DNA of 64,000 bases from Pseudobdellovibrionaceae bacterium (GCA_043757515.1 JAYVPD010000012.1:1658-65657); one strand, 5' to 3'; shown: positions 52,090-63,274, counted from the stretch's first letter. The notes: generated by a model from the letters alone, not told the origin. Made by a program: numbers and translations.

Positions 52090-52770
52090 CTAAACTAGCC
52101 GGTACCCAACGCCTGGCTCTGTTAAAATGTGTTTTGGCTGTGAAGGATTTTTTTCGATTTTTTTCCTCAGTTCTTTAATATAGATGCGCAGGTAATGAGT
52201 TTCATGTTCGGCAATAGCGCCCCAAATTTGTTTTAAAAGCACAGATTGGGAAACTACTTTGCCTTGGTCCCGCACTAGTCTCGAAATCACTTCGAATTCT
52301 GTTTTTGTGAGTTTAATAACGGCGCCAGAAACTAAAACTTGTTTTTGGTTGAGGTCTATTTTTAGATCGCCAGATTCAAAAATCGGTGTGGCTTCGGCAT
52401 GGCCATGGTGGCGTAAACCAACTCGGACTCGCGCAAGTAATTCAGAAGGCCCAAACGGTTTTGTTAAATAGTCATCGGCACCGGCATCAAGCAAGCGCAC
52501 TTTTACGGACTCGTCGTCCGTTGCGGTTAGGATAATGACCGGTATCGTTGTCCAGGTTCGTAGTTCCTTTAGAACCTGATAGCCATCCATATCCGGCAGA
52601 CCAAGATCCAAAATAACTAAGTGAGGATGAAAATTCGTAGCGGCGCTTAAACCATCAACGGCCGTTTTTGCTTCGCTGACTTCGTAGCCTTGATTTTTCA
52701 AATTGAGGGTGATTACATTTCTAATCGCGGCTTCATCGTCAATAATAAGTACTCGCAAACTTTGGTTCAT
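52090..52770 (-). CDS. kdpE: OmpR-family response regulator KdpE
   Basis: 226 aa. Receiver domain (VLIIDDE...ILDLGLPDMDG) plus winged-helix (LTKTEFEVISRL...TEPGVGYR). 4-nt overlap with kdpD. Confidence 0.9.
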   Translation of the reverse strand: MNQSLRVLIIDDEAAIRNVITLNLKNQGYEVSEAKTAVDGLSAATNFHPHLVILDLGLPDMDGYQVLKELRTWTTIPVIILTATDDESVKVRLLDAGADDYLTKPFGPSELLARVRVGLRHHGHAEATPIFESGDLKIDLNQKQVLVSGAVIKLTKTEFEVISRLVRDQGKVVSQSVLLKQIWGAIAEHETHYLRIYIKELRKKIEKNPSQPKHILTEPGVGYRLV

Positions 52771-55463
52771 GATTCAACCTCGTTTGGAATAGCCGGTTGT
52801 TCTTCCAGTGGCAGTTCAATGACAAATCTAGATCCCCGAGGTGATAATGGCTCATAATTGATATTTCCGCGATGCAAAGACACAATTCCTTTTACTATAG
52901 AAAGTCCAAGTCCGGTTCCACCAGGGGCAGCCCCAGGTACCCGGTAAAATTTATCGAATATTTTTGGAATGGAGTCTTCAGGGATACCTGGTCCGTCATC
53001 TTCAATAACTAATTTTGCCATGGTTCCGCTTGAAAAACCGTGAATAGAAATACGACTTCCTTCTGGAGCATATTGGGTGGCATTTAGAATTAAATTTGAA
53101 ATTGCATGTTCAAAAAGTCTAAAATCTATTTTCAAAAGTCCAATGTCCGGTGAAATTTCAACTTCAATTTTATGTCGGCGGGTAGATTTAGAAATCTTTT
53201 TAAGGACTACACCGACAAGATCACTCAAATCTTGCCATTCTAATTTCAAAGCGAGTACTCCAGAACTGAGACGGCTCATATCTAATAGATTTTCAATCAC
53301 TTGATTAAGCCGGTTACCAGCTTCGCTTAGATTGGTGGCTATTTCCCTAACATAAGGGTCACTTACAAGTTCGCTATCAAGTGCCGCCGTTGATCCTAGA
53401 ATCGCTGTGAGCGGTGTTCTTAGCTCGTGAGATATAGAATTTAATAATGTTTGATGGAGCATTTCCGAATCTTTTAATCGTTGCGCTTCCATCCATCGGC
53501 GGCTTAAAAAATGTCGTTCAATGGAAACTCCAAGCTGACTGGTGATCGATAAAAGCAAAGTTTGCTGATCTGGTCCGAGTTTTCTAATTTTTCTGTTTGG
53601 TCGAAATACAAACATTCCCACGGTTTCAGAAACTCCCCGAAGCGGAATATAAAGACTTCGTGATTCACCCAATGTATCGGTTGACCAACCAGCGGCCTTT
53701 TGATTTTGAAAACTCCATAGTGCAACAGCCCGTTCTTTGTCGTCGAGCCGCAGGCAAAGTGTTTTTTCAGAATCAAAAATAAGAAAGCCTTCTTTTGATT
53801 TCAAAATCACTCCGCAGTCTGCATCCAGAGTCTGGCCTACGCGGGTTTTTATTTTCTCGATAAATTCTTGTTTGTCTTTGCTGTTTGAAATGTCTCTTAA
53901 CACTTCATAAAGAACATTGGTGCGTTCTTCGCGATCACGAATAATTAATTCATGGAACCGAATTCGATTTGTTAAAAAACCAGTAATTAGCGCCACAACA
54001 AAATAAACAAAACATAGAATCATGTCCTCTGGCTGAGCAATAACAAACGTAAATCGAGGAGGAATAAAACCAAAATTCCAGGTTAAGGCACTTACGGTGG
54101 CCGCAAACAAAACGGCGCCCAGACTTCCAAATAGTCCAACAACTAGAACTCCCAACAAAAATATAAATCCAACAGTTCTATACCCCACAATAGGCTCAAG
54201 ACTGGCTCCAACTACAGTCATGCCAATTAGAAACCAAAGGGTGTTCCAATATTTTTGCCAGCCAAAATCGGTTTGATAATGAGAAAGTTCATTTTTTAAA
54301 GTCGGACGGACGCGATTTTCCTGATCTTGACGAACGACATGAACGTCAATTTCCAAACTTTCTTTTACTAGTTTTTCTAACAGTGATCCGCCTTCCAGCA
54401 GATCTCGAAACCATCGTCGGGTCGGGCGTCCTACAATAACTTGTGTGACATTTTTCTGCCTCGAGATACGTTTAATGGCCTCGGGCAAATTGGTTTCTGT
54501 AGTTGTAATGACTTCGGCTTTTAGTTCTTTTGCCAGATTTAGATTTTTAAGCAATTGCGCTTGATCTTCATCGTTCAAATATATTCCTGTGTCGATATGC
54601 ACAGCTATCCAAGGTGCTTCCAAATTATAAGCAAGGCGGCGAGTGGCCCTAATGACTTTTTCAGAATAAGGACTATGCGAAACGGCCACCAGCAATCGCT
54701 CGTTAGTTTGCCAGGGCTTTTCGTCTTTCACCGAGGAAAATCGCTGTAGATCATGATCCACGCGTTCTGCCGTTAATCGTAGGGCAATTTCTCGCAGCGC
54801 AGTTAGTTTGTCTTCCTTAAAAAATCCATCGGCAGCGGTAACGGCTTTTTCGCCAAGGTAAACCTTTCCTTCCTGCAGTCGTTTCAGGAGTTCAACTGGG
54901 GCAATATCCACAAGTTCGACTTGGCCTGCGCGCTCTAGAATGCTGTCGGGAACAGTTTCGCGAATTCTAATTCCAGTGATGGATTCAACCGCGTCTTTTC
55001 GACTTTCTAGATGTTGAACATTAAGGGCTGTGTAGACATCAATTCCATTATCTAAAATTTCCAGCACGTCCTGATAGCGCTTCTGATGCCTGGACCCTGG
55101 AATATTTGTGTGTGCTAGTTCATCCACGATGACAAGATCTGGCTTTCTGGCAAGAATAGCATCTAGATCCATTTCCTCTAGCTGAGCCCCTCGATAGGTC
55201 ACCGAACGTCTGGATACAATTTCATGGCCACTCAGTAAAGCCGCCGTTTCATTTCGGCCATGAGTTTCCACAACGCCAACAACAACATCGATTCCTTCAG
55301 ATTTTTTTTGTTGGGCGGCTCGAAGCATCGCAAATGTTTTTCCAACCCCGGCAGACATCCCAAGGAAAACGCGAAGTTTGGCAGATGAACGTGCGCTGTC
55401 CTCTTGATTTATGACTTTTAAAAGCTCGTCGGGATCTAAGGCTCCGCTGCGCTTTGAGTCCAC
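52767..55463 (-). CDS. kdpD: sensor histidine kinase KdpD
   Basis: 898 aa. GTG start after AAGGAG. N-terminal KdpD domain (GMSAGVGKTFAML), Usp-like region, 4 TM helices, HisKA (SISHELRTPLTAI) and HATPase (GGTGLGLSIV). Confidence 0.9.
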   Translation of the reverse strand: MDSKRSGALDPDELLKVINQEDSARSSAKLRVFLGMSAGVGKTFAMLRAAQQKKSEGIDVVVGVVETHGRNETAALLSGHEIVSRRSVTYRGAQLEEMDLDAILARKPDLVIVDELAHTNIPGSRHQKRYQDVLEILDNGIDVYTALNVQHLESRKDAVESITGIRIRETVPDSILERAGQVELVDIAPVELLKRLQEGKVYLGEKAVTAADGFFKEDKLTALREIALRLTAERVDHDLQRFSSVKDEKPWQTNERLLVAVSHSPYSEKVIRATRRLAYNLEAPWIAVHIDTGIYLNDEDQAQLLKNLNLAKELKAEVITTTETNLPEAIKRISRQKNVTQVIVGRPTRRWFRDLLEGGSLLEKLVKESLEIDVHVVRQDQENRVRPTLKNELSHYQTDFGWQKYWNTLWFLIGMTVVGASLEPIVGYRTVGFIFLLGVLVVGLFGSLGAVLFAATVSALTWNFGFIPPRFTFVIAQPEDMILCFVYFVVALITGFLTNRIRFHELIIRDREERTNVLYEVLRDISNSKDKQEFIEKIKTRVGQTLDADCGVILKSKEGFLIFDSEKTLCLRLDDKERAVALWSFQNQKAAGWSTDTLGESRSLYIPLRGVSETVGMFVFRPNRKIRKLGPDQQTLLLSITSQLGVSIERHFLSRRWMEAQRLKDSEMLHQTLLNSISHELRTPLTAILGSTAALDSELVSDPYVREIATNLSEAGNRLNQVIENLLDMSRLSSGVLALKLEWQDLSDLVGVVLKKISKSTRRHKIEVEISPDIGLLKIDFRLFEHAISNLILNATQYAPEGSRISIHGFSSGTMAKLVIEDDGPGIPEDSIPKIFDKFYRVPGAAPGGTGLGLSIVKGIVSLHRGNINYEPLSPRGSRFVIELPLEEQPAIPNEVES

Positions 55464-55639
55464 TAGTATCTCCTTAAAAGGAATTAGTATTTTAATTCGT
55501 GCATGGCCAATTCAGTTTCAAAGCATTCAATCGTTGCACTCTAACGTTTATACCAAAATTGTAAGGTTTGGTCAGGTCATTGATAGCTTTGCGCATGGCG
55601 CTGGTCTCAATTCCTTGTCTCGTGAGAAATCAAACTCAT

Positions 55640-55918
55640 TTAGATTCCGGCCAAAACTCGATAGAACCTAATAAATATAGCCAAAGCTCCAACTAATGCT
55701 GAGAGTTTAATTATTTTTACTCTTTCTTTTTCCACAGCTGGATCCTTTCTTTGTTTTAACAAAGGTACCGAAAGAAAAATAAATAACGCGAGCAAAAGAA
55801 TTCTTTCGACTGTTATGAGCTGAGCAAAACTTGGCAACTCTACTTGGGCGGGTGCCAATGGCGCAGATATATAACCAACCGCGGACGCTTGGTTGATCAA
55901 ATAGAATAAGAGTCTCAT
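55640..55918 (-). CDS. small membrane protein, unknown function
   Basis: 92 aa with 2-3 hydrophobic segments. It is divergent from kdpF, and its start lies 40 bp from the inverted KdpE-box-like repeat. Confidence 0.4.
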   Translation of the reverse strand: MRLLFYLINQASAVGYISAPLAPAQVELPSFAQLITVERILLLALFIFLSVPLLKQRKDPAVEKERVKIIKLSALVGALAIFIRFYRVLAGI

Positions 55919-55957
55919 TTTATGCCTCCTGGTACTTCTTTAGGCTAGACGCTAGTA

Positions 55958-56004
55958 GCGTAAAAAAGATGTAAAAAATTTTTATTTTTACATCTTTTTT
56001 ACGC
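55958..56004. promoter_or_regulatory. perfect 20-bp inverted repeat containing KdpE-box-like T-rich direct repeats
   Basis: GCGTAAAAAAGATGTAAAAA (55958-55977), loop ATTTTTA, then TTTTTACATCTTTTTTACGC (55985-56004). The plus-strand arm carries TTTACA and TTTACG 11 bp apart, 46 bp upstream of the kdpF ATG. Confidence 0.55.
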
Positions 56005-56049
56005 GGCGCTGAGTAATCATAAATGGAAGCAGAGAATTTGGAGGAACCT

Positions 56050-56133
56050 ATGGATTTTATTGTAGCTGGTCTGATTGGATGTGTAGTTCTAGTTTATTTA
56101 ACGTACGCTCTATTTAACCCAGAAAAGTTTTGA
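56050..56133 (+). CDS. kdpF: K+-transporting ATPase subunit F (not in the ORF track, 27 aa)
   Basis: Own translation: MDFIVAGLIGCVVLVYLTYALFNPEKF*. A GGAGG RBS lies upstream. It ends 7 nt before kdpA. Confidence 0.75.
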   Translation: MDFIVAGLIGCVVLVYLTYALFNPEKF

Positions 56134-56140
56134 GGCTTTT

Positions 56141-57832
56141 ATGAAAATTGTCGATTACATTCAATTTTTTTTATATCTCACAATTTTAATTACGATAACT
56201 CCGCCGTTGGGTCGATTTATGGCCAGGGTTTTTCAAGGTGAAAAAACGTGGCTACATAGACCTCTAGGCTGGCTTGAAAATTTAACGTATAAATTCTCTG
56301 GAATTAATCCAAAAGAAGAAATGACCTGGAAAGTATACGCAGGCGCATTCATGGTTTTTCATATAATTGGAATTTTTGTGTTGATGATTTTCCAAATGAC
56401 CCAGGCGTGGCTTCCACTAAATCCGCAAGGATTGCCAAACGTCGGGTGGCATTCGGCTTTGAATACTGCGGTAAGTTTTATTACCAATACGAATTGGCAA
56501 GGCTATTCCGGCGAAGTTACCATGAGCCATTTGACTCAAATGACAGCCCTTACCGTGCAAAACTTTTTAAGCGCGGCGTGTGGAATCGCGGTAGCCATTG
56601 CACTCACACGTGGAATTGCTAGAAAATCGTCATCTACAATTGGTAACTTTTGGGTGGATACGACACGAACAACCATTTACATATTGCTGCCTCTGTGTTT
56701 AATTTTTACACTTGTTTTAGTGGGTCAAGGGGTTGTGCAAACCCTAGCAGGTTCTTTGGATGTGATAACGCTCGAAGGGTTGAAACAGACAATTGCCTTG
56801 GGACCCGTTGCATCCCAAGTGGCCATCAAAATGCTGGGAACAAATGGAGGCGGCTTTTTTAATGCGAATGCGGCTCATCCATTTGAAAATTCAACGGCGC
56901 TATCGAATTTTCTTCAGATCATATCCATTTTTTCAATTGGTGCGGCGTTAACTTACACCTATGGTATCATGACCAATTCTCGTAAACATGGTTGGGTGAT
57001 TTTTGGAACCATGCTGGCCCTGTTTATTGGATTTACAGCGTTATCCTTGGCTTCAGAATTCACGACAAACGCAGTTTTTAATCAATCCGGAATTATGGAA
57101 GGCAAAGAAACCCGATTCGGGATTTTTAACAGCGTCTTTTTTTCTACAATAACTACGTCGGCTTCGTGCGGAGCTGTCAATGCCATGCATTCTTCATTGT
57201 CTCCGCTATCTGGTGGTATCGCGATGGTAAATATCATGCTTGGGGAAGTGATCTTTGGAGGCGTGGGTGCTGGACTTTATGGGATGCTTTTATTTGTGCT
57301 TCTCACGGTGTTTATTGCGGGACTGATGGTGGGGCGAACTCCTGAATACATGGGTAAAAAAATAGAAGCTCGTGAAATGACGATGGTTATTTTAGCCATT
57401 TTGGCACCGTGCGCTTGCATTTTAATCGGAACAGCAATTTCTGCGGTAAACCCAGCGGCCCTTTCGAGCCTCGCTAACAAGGGTCCACATGGATTTTCAG
57501 AAATGCTTTACGCATTCACATCCGCAGCGGGAAATAATGGAAGTGCATTTGCCGGTCTGAATGCAAACACAGTGTACTATAACTTGATGTTGGCCATTAC
57601 TATGTTTGTAGGTCGCTTTGCGATCATCCTACCTATTCTGGCTGTAGCTGGAAGCTTGGCTCAGAAAAAATATTCAGCACCGTCTTCGGGAACGTTTGAA
57701 ACGGACACAGGACTCTTTGCAGTATTGCTTGTGGCTGTAATTTTAATTGTCGGAGCTTTAACTTTTCTACCAGGTCTTTCTTTAGGTCCAATCGTTGAAC
57801 ATTTGATGATGATCAAAGGTCAAACTTTTTAA
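56141..57832 (+). CDS. kdpA: K+-transporting ATPase subunit A
   Basis: 563 aa, polytopic. Motifs NTNWQGYSGE and GTNGGGFFNANAAHPFEN are typical of KdpA. Confidence 0.95.
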   Translation: MKIVDYIQFFLYLTILITITPPLGRFMARVFQGEKTWLHRPLGWLENLTYKFSGINPKEEMTWKVYAGAFMVFHIIGIFVLMIFQMTQAWLPLNPQGLPNVGWHSALNTAVSFITNTNWQGYSGEVTMSHLTQMTALTVQNFLSAACGIAVAIALTRGIARKSSSTIGNFWVDTTRTTIYILLPLCLIFTLVLVGQGVVQTLAGSLDVITLEGLKQTIALGPVASQVAIKMLGTNGGGFFNANAAHPFENSTALSNFLQIISIFSIGAALTYTYGIMTNSRKHGWVIFGTMLALFIGFTALSLASEFTTNAVFNQSGIMEGKETRFGIFNSVFFSTITTSASCGAVNAMHSSLSPLSGGIAMVNIMLGEVIFGGVGAGLYGMLLFVLLTVFIAGLMVGRTPEYMGKKIEAREMTMVILAILAPCACILIGTAISAVNPAALSSLANKGPHGFSEMLYAFTSAAGNNGSAFAGLNANTVYYNLMLAITMFVGRFAIILPILAVAGSLAQKKYSAPSSGTFETDTGLFAVLLVAVILIVGALTFLPGLSLGPIVEHLMMIKGQTF

Positions 57833-57844
57833 GAGGTAATAAAT

Positions 57845-59932
57845 ATGTCAGAAACAATACAAAACCCACTATTTGATTCAAAACTTGTTTTGCCAGCCAT
57901 TAAGGAATCCTTTTTAAAGCTGGACCCACGAGTTCAAATGAAAAATCCTGTTATGTTTGTCACCTTAATTGGCGCCATCATGACAACGACCTACGTCTTA
58001 TTTAATATTGGCCATGGATCAAAGGTTTTTGAATTTCAAATTTCAATTTGGCTTTGGTTTACTGTTCTTTTCGCTAATTTTGCAGAAGCCATCGCTGAAG
58101 GGCGTGGAAAAGCGCAGGCTGAGAGTTTGAAAAAAACCAGAACGCAAACGGTTGCAAGGCTGATGACTGAAAAAAAAGAAAGCAAAATCAGCGCGGCCGA
58201 TCTTAAAAAGGGAAATGTCGTAGTGTGTGAAGCCGGTGATATTATCCCTGGTGACGGCGAAGTGGTAGATGGAATTGCCAGTGTTGATGAATCAGCAATT
58301 ACGGGAGAATCAGCTCCCGTAATTCGCGAATCTGGTGGTGACAGAAGTGCTGTTACTGGTGGTACCCGAGTTATAAGTGATCGGATTCTTATTCGTATTA
58401 CTGCGGAAGCAGGCAATAGTTTCCTAGATCGAATGATTGCTTTGGTCGAAGGGGCGAAGAGACAAAAAACACCAAATGAAATTGCGCTTAGTATTGTTTT
58501 GGCTGGGCTGACTATTATTTTTGTGTTAGCCGTAATGACTTTAAAACCTTTTGCAGACTATAGTGCCGTGGCTGCCGGACAAGATCTTAGTGCCATAGTT
58601 ACAGTCCCAGTGCTTATTGCCCTTTTAGTTTGTCTTATTCCAACGACCATCGGTGGCTTATTGAGCGCCATTGGCATTAGCGGCATGGATCGGCTTATCC
58701 GTCGAAATGTGATTGCCACAAGTGGTCGCGCCGTTGAAGCCGCCGGCGATATCGACGTGTTACTTTTAGATAAAACAGGTACAATCACTCTTGGTAATCG
58801 AATGGCTTCGGCATTTTTACCAGTCAAGGGCATTTCGGCCGAGCGACTTGCGGAAGCCGCCCAATTAGCCTCCCTAGCTGATGAAACAGCCGAAGGACGC
58901 TCAATAGTAGTTCTAGCTAAAGAAAAACATTCTCTGCGAGCCGAAAGTGTTCAACCAACCCAGGCCAAATTTATTCCCTTCTCTGCAAACTCTCGGATGA
59001 GTGGAATTGATTTTCAAAATTCATCGGGAACGAAAAGTATTCGAAAAGGTGCGGGAGATTCGATCAAAGACTACGTAAAAAAACTCGGTGGAGTCATTCC
59101 GCACGATTTAGATGGAATCGTCGACGGTGTAGCCAAAAAAGGCGGAACGCCTTTGGTTGTAGTGGATGGAAAAGAAATATTAGGAGTTGTTCAACTTAAA
59201 GATATTGTAAAAGGTGGTATTAAAGAGCGATTCGCAGAACTTCGGAAGATGGGAATTCGCACAGTGATGATTACTGGCGATAATCCACTGACCGCAGCCG
59301 CCATTGCAGCGGAAGCGGGCGTTGATGATTTTATGGCCCAAGCAACTCCTGAAGCAAAACTAAAAAGAATACGCGAAGAACAGGCGACGGGTCATCTTGT
59401 GGCTATGACAGGCGATGGAACAAATGATGCTCCGGCCTTAGCGCAAGCGGATGTCGGTGTGGCCATGAACACAGGAACACAGGCTGCGCGGGAAGCCGGA
59501 AATATGGTTGACCTTGATAGCAATCCTACGAAGTTGATTGAAATTGTTGAAATCGGAAAACAACTATTGATGACTCGAGGGTCATTGACCACGTTCAGTA
59601 TTGCAAATGACGTGGCTAAATACTTCGCGATAATTCCGGCTTTATTTAGTACTCTTTATCTTATTCAAGGGACTAAAGAAGGACCGCTTGCTGTTCTGAA
59701 TATTATGAGACTAGTCTCCCCTCAAAGTGCCATTCTAAGTGCTGTTATTTTTAACGCACTTATTATTGTAGCATTGATTCCTTTGGCCTTAAAGGGTGTG
59801 CCTTACAAGGCTCAAGGCGCCTCAGCAGTTTTAAGAAGAAATCTTTTGATCTATGGATTGGGCGGGATTGTGATTCCCTTCGTTGGCATCAAATTGATTG
59901 ATATTATTATTACAACCATCGGTTTGGTTTAG
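57845..59932 (+). CDS. kdpB: K+-transporting P-type ATPase subunit B
   Basis: 695 aa. Motifs [21 protein letters not shown] and [17 protein letters not shown]. Confidence 0.95.
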   Translation: MSETIQNPLFDSKLVLPAIKESFLKLDPRVQMKNPVMFVTLIGAIMTTTYVLFNIGHGSKVFEFQISIWLWFTVLFANFAEAIAEGRGKAQAESLKKTRTQTVARLMTEKKESKISAADLKKGNVVVCEAGDIIPGDGEVVDGIASVDESAITGESAPVIRESGGDRSAVTGGTRVISDRILIRITAEAGNSFLDRMIALVEGAKRQKTPNEIALSIVLAGLTIIFVLAVMTLKPFADYSAVAAGQDLSAIVTVPVLIALLVCLIPTTIGGLLSAIGISGMDRLIRRNVIATSGRAVEAAGDIDVLLLDKTGTITLGNRMASAFLPVKGISAERLAEAAQLASLADETAEGRSIVVLAKEKHSLRAESVQPTQAKFIPFSANSRMSGIDFQNSSGTKSIRKGAGDSIKDYVKKLGGVIPHDLDGIVDGVAKKGGTPLVVVDGKEILGVVQLKDIVKGGIKERFAELRKMGIRTVMITGDNPLTAAAIAAEAGVDDFMAQATPEAKLKRIREEQATGHLVAMTGDGTNDAPALAQADVGVAMNTGTQAAREAGNMVDLDSNPTKLIEIVEIGKQLLMTRGSLTTFSIANDVAKYFAIIPALFSTLYLIQGTKEGPLAVLNIMRLVSPQSAILSAVIFNALIIVALIPLALKGVPYKAQGASAVLRRNLLIYGLGGIVIPFVGIKLIDIIITTIGLV

Positions 59933-59953
59933 TTTAGTTAAAGAGGAGTTTTT

Positions 59954-60556
59954 ATGAAGTATGTTATGCCTGCAATTAGATTTAAAATATTTATGACAAT
60001 TCTTTTAGGTCTTGCCTATCCGCTTTTTATGACCGGAGTTTCGCAAACTGTTTTTCCCCTTCAGGCAAACGGTGATTTTGTCATGCGGGGCGGGCAATTG
60101 GTAGGATCGGTGCTGATTGCTCAAAACTTTGAGAAGGCTGACTATTTTTGGCCGCGCCCCTCTGCAATTGCCTACAATCCATTGCCGTCGGGAGGATCAA
60201 ATCTTGGTCAAGCCAGCCAAGATTTGAAAAAAGCTGTTGATGAAAGAAAAGCTAAATTAAAAGCGGCCCACCCCGAACAATCAACAGAGCCTCCCCAAGA
60301 TTTACTTTTTGCTTCGGCTAGTGGCTTAGATCCTCACATCAGTCCGGAAGCTGCGCAATACCAAGCGCAGCGGGTTGCCAAAGCAAGAAATTTGGATTTT
60401 CAAATTGTGCAAAAAATGATTGAACAAGCTACGTTTGGAAGGCAACTGGGTATTTTAGGAGAACCGACGGTTAATGTTCTTACTTTAAATCTTGCTCTTG
60501 ATAAAAGCCAAGGTATCGACAGCGCACCTATTTTATTACCTGTACCGGCCCACTAG
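59954..60556 (+). CDS. kdpC: K+-transporting ATPase subunit C
   Basis: 200 aa. N-terminal TM helix. SGGSNLG and ASGLDPHISPEAA motifs. Confidence 0.9.
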   Translation: MKYVMPAIRFKIFMTILLGLAYPLFMTGVSQTVFPLQANGDFVMRGGQLVGSVLIAQNFEKADYFWPRPSAIAYNPLPSGGSNLGQASQDLKKAVDERKAKLKAAHPEQSTEPPQDLLFASASGLDPHISPEAAQYQAQRVAKARNLDFQIVQKMIEQATFGRQLGILGEPTVNVLTLNLALDKSQGIDSAPILLPVPAH

Positions 60557-61674
60557 CGATATTTAGGCAGGGTAACAGAAAAGGTTGACCCGACTCCGGC
60601 CTGACTTAATACGCCGATAGTCCCGCCCCAGGAATTCACAATTTTATAAGCGGTAGCAAGGCCTAAACCAGTTCCGTGGCCAATTGCTTTCGTCGTAAAA
60701 AATGGTTTGAAAAGCTGCCTTTGATTGTCTTCAGAAATGCCAATCCCAGTATCTACAATAGAGATTTTCACTAGGGTTTTTAAATCTTCAACTTTTAAAG
60801 TGACTTCATGGGATCGGCTCAGATTTTGATCTTTGAATTCTTCAATGGCCTGAATGGCGTTTATCATCAGGTTAAGTAGAACTTGGCCCAATGGCCCTGA
60901 TTCTGCTTTTAGCAAACACTCGGGGATAATTTCTTTTTTCAGCAATATGCCTTTGCGTCCAAATTCATGTTCCAGCAAGTTAAGAACGTCTTGAATTACC
61001 TGATCCAAATTCACTGAGGTTGCTAGATCAGATTTTCCACCGCGCGCTAAATGAAGAAGTGAATTAACTAGTTTTGTAATCCGATCAATTTGGGTCACTA
61101 CGACGTTTAGACTCTCAAGAACCATCGGATTTTCTGCTGATCGTTTTGCGGCCAATTCTGCTCGACTGCGAATAATTCCAAGTGGTGTGCCGATTTCATG
61201 GGCGAGACTGGACGCTAACAGACCAAGCGAAGCCAGTCGATCTTGATGAAGTACTTGAGCTTTTATTTGTTTAAGTTCATTTAAATCTTGCACTGTTTTT
61301 ATTGAATAACGAATCGATCGCTCGAGCAAAGGATAAGTAAGCTGATCTTTTACTAGGTAGTCAGAGGCTCCTTTTTCCATCGCTTTCACATCGAGTTCAA
61401 AATCACCAAGACCAGTCAGAAAAATTACGGGGTAGGAATACGCGCGGGCCTTAGCTTCGCCTAATAAATCCAAGCCGGTTTTTTCTCCTAATTTGTAATC
61501 AAGCAAGCACGCATCAAAGTCCTTTTCTTGCAGGGCTCTAAGGCCGGCTGAATAACTAGCTTCCCAAAATACTTCATATTTCGAGGAAACTATGTCGCGC
61601 AGTAAATCACGAATTTGGACAAAGTCGTCTTCATCGTCGTCTATTACTAGAATCCGAAAACTTTTTCTTTCCAC
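60553..61674 (-). CDS. hybrid receiver-histidine kinase (REC-HisKA-HATPase)
   Basis: 373 aa. Receiver domain (ILVIDDDEDD...LLDYKLGEKTG), H-box SSLAHEIGTPLGII, G-boxes GHGTGLGLA. Its stop overlaps the kdpC stop region by 4 nt (convergent). Confidence 0.8.
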   Translation of the reverse strand: MERKSFRILVIDDDEDDFVQIRDLLRDIVSSKYEVFWEASYSAGLRALQEKDFDACLLDYKLGEKTGLDLLGEAKARAYSYPVIFLTGLGDFELDVKAMEKGASDYLVKDQLTYPLLERSIRYSIKTVQDLNELKQIKAQVLHQDRLASLGLLASSLAHEIGTPLGIIRSRAELAAKRSAENPMVLESLNVVVTQIDRITKLVNSLLHLARGGKSDLATSVNLDQVIQDVLNLLEHEFGRKGILLKKEIIPECLLKAESGPLGQVLLNLMINAIQAIEEFKDQNLSRSHEVTLKVEDLKTLVKISIVDTGIGISEDNQRQLFKPFFTTKAIGHGTGLGLATAYKIVNSWGGTIGVLSQAGVGSTFSVTLPKYR

Positions 61675-62129
61675 TATTTGTCTCTTTTAAAATTGGGAAG
61701 TTCTACAATTTCAAACCAATACCGTCCGATATCCCGCATCACTTGCACTAGAGTCTGAAACTCAATTGGTTTTGTTATAAATGAATTCGCGCCCAGATTG
61801 TAGGATCTAACTATGTCTTCTTCCGCTTCTGAAGTGGTCAAAACAACAATGGGAATCTGATGGAGCTCTGGATGTTTTTTTAATTCTTTTAGCACGTCGC
61901 GGCCGTCCATTTTTGGCATATTTAAATCCAAAAGAATTAGACCGGGAAGATTTCTTTGATCCTGGGCTCGCCCTCGCTCGCTATGCAAAAGGCTTAGCAA
62001 TTGTTCGCCGTCGTGGACAAATTTTACTTCGTTTAGAAGGCGACTTTCTTTTAAAGCGTCGCGAATCATTTCACAATCTTCCATGTCGTCGTCAGCTACT
62101 AGAATTGGGACAGAATATTTGCTGCGCAT
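61674..62129 (-). CDS. single-domain response regulator (CheY-like receiver)
   Basis: 151 aa. ILVADDDMED...ILLDLNMPKMDG...TTS...K. Confidence 0.8.
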   Translation of the reverse strand: MRSKYSVPILVADDDMEDCEMIRDALKESRLLNEVKFVHDGEQLLSLLHSERGRAQDQRNLPGLILLDLNMPKMDGRDVLKELKKHPELHQIPIVVLTTSEAEEDIVRSYNLGANSFITKPIEFQTLVQVMRDIGRYWFEIVELPNFKRDK

Positions 62130-62131
62130 TT

Positions 62132-63274
62132 TTAAGTTCCTTCTTTATTTCCTACTGGCAAGGTTACAATGAAAGTCGAGCCTTCACCAATGGCCGATTT
62201 TGCCGTTAATATACCGCCGTGTCTATCCACAATTTTGCGGCAAACGGCCAATCCAATACCTGTGCCTTCATATTCATGTCTACCATGAAGACGCTGGAAA
62301 ATTGTAAAAATACGATCAAGATACTTTTCATCGAAACCGATTCCGTTATCTTTAACAAAAATCTTACAAATAGATTCTATATTTCCCATGAACGATGATT
62401 TCACTATTTCCGCGCTAATAACCACAATCGGACTTTGGTTAGGTTTGTGAAATTTAAGCCCATTGCCAATTAGATTTAGGAATAGCTGATGCATTTGGGT
62501 GGGGTCAGCGTCAATAGCGGGCAAATCAGAAAAATGCACTTGGCCCTGCGACTGCTCAATTCGAACTTCCAAATCCGAGCAAACCTGTTTCACGGTTTCA
62601 TTTAATGAAACCGAGGAAAAGGGTTTCGCTTTTGTTGTGACCCGCGAATAGGTCAATAAATCGTTAATTAGAATTTGCATTCGTTTAGCTGAATTTTGAA
62701 CTCGATCTAAATAATCCAAGGCATCGGGTGCGATTGAATCTTTAGATTTTGTTTTCACTCGATCGGCGAACGTCTGAATTTTGCGCAAGGGTTCTTGCAA
62801 GTCATGAGCGGCCACTGAAGCAAAGTCTTGAAGTTCTTGGTTACTGATTTCTAATTTTTTTGCGTAAACTTTAAGCCGTTCTTCGGCGACTTTTCTTTCT
62901 GTGATCTCATAACGAACAGCAATATATCGATCTGGCTTTCCGTCCTTGTCCATAAACGGAACGATTGTGGTGTTGACCCAGTAAAAACTTCCGTCTTTGG
63001 CTCGATTGCAAACTTCGCCTTCCCAGGTCTGGCCAGAAGAAATCGTTTGCCACATATTGTTAAAAAAATCGGCAGGATGAAAATGCGAATTGATAATTCG
63101 GTGAGTTTTTCCTAAAAGTTCATCTTCTGAAAACTGCGATATGGCGCAAAACTTATTATTTACGTAGGTGATTACACCCTGACTGTCGGTAACAGCAACA
63201 ATAGCGGCCTCATCAATAGCCGCCATTAAATAGGAAAAATCTTGAGTCGGTAAACCCTTAGTTAGTTTTTTCAT
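62132..63274 (-). CDS. PAS-domain sensor histidine kinase
   Basis: PAS domain ([38 protein letters not shown]...), H-box [12 protein letters not shown], HATPase [11 protein letters not shown] 63274 is preferred. The track ORF extends to 63361, which would overlap the upstream gene by 104 nt. Confidence 0.8.
   Translation of the reverse strand: MKKLTKGLPTQDFSYLMAAIDEAAIVAVTDSQGVITYVNNKFCAISQFSEDELLGKTHRIINSHFHPADFFNNMWQTISSGQTWEGEVCNRAKDGSFYWVNTTIVPFMDKDGKPDRYIAVRYEITERKVAEERLKVYAKKLEISNQELQDFASVAAHDLQEPLRKIQTFADRVKTKSKDSIAPDALDYLDRVQNSAKRMQILINDLLTYSRVTTKAKPFSSVSLNETVKQVCSDLEVRIEQSQGQVHFSDLPAIDADPTQMHQLFLNLIGNGLKFHKPNQSPIVVISAEIVKSSFMGNIESICKIFVKDNGIGFDEKYLDRIFTIFQRLHGRHEYEGTGIGLAVCRKIVDRHGGILTAKSAIGEGSTFIVTLPVGNKEGT

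Noticed and set aside
57403-57420. TGGCAC...GCTTGCA sigma-54-like string
   Set aside because: It lies inside kdpA coding sequence, and the spacing between TGGCAC and TTGC is 7 nt, not 5.
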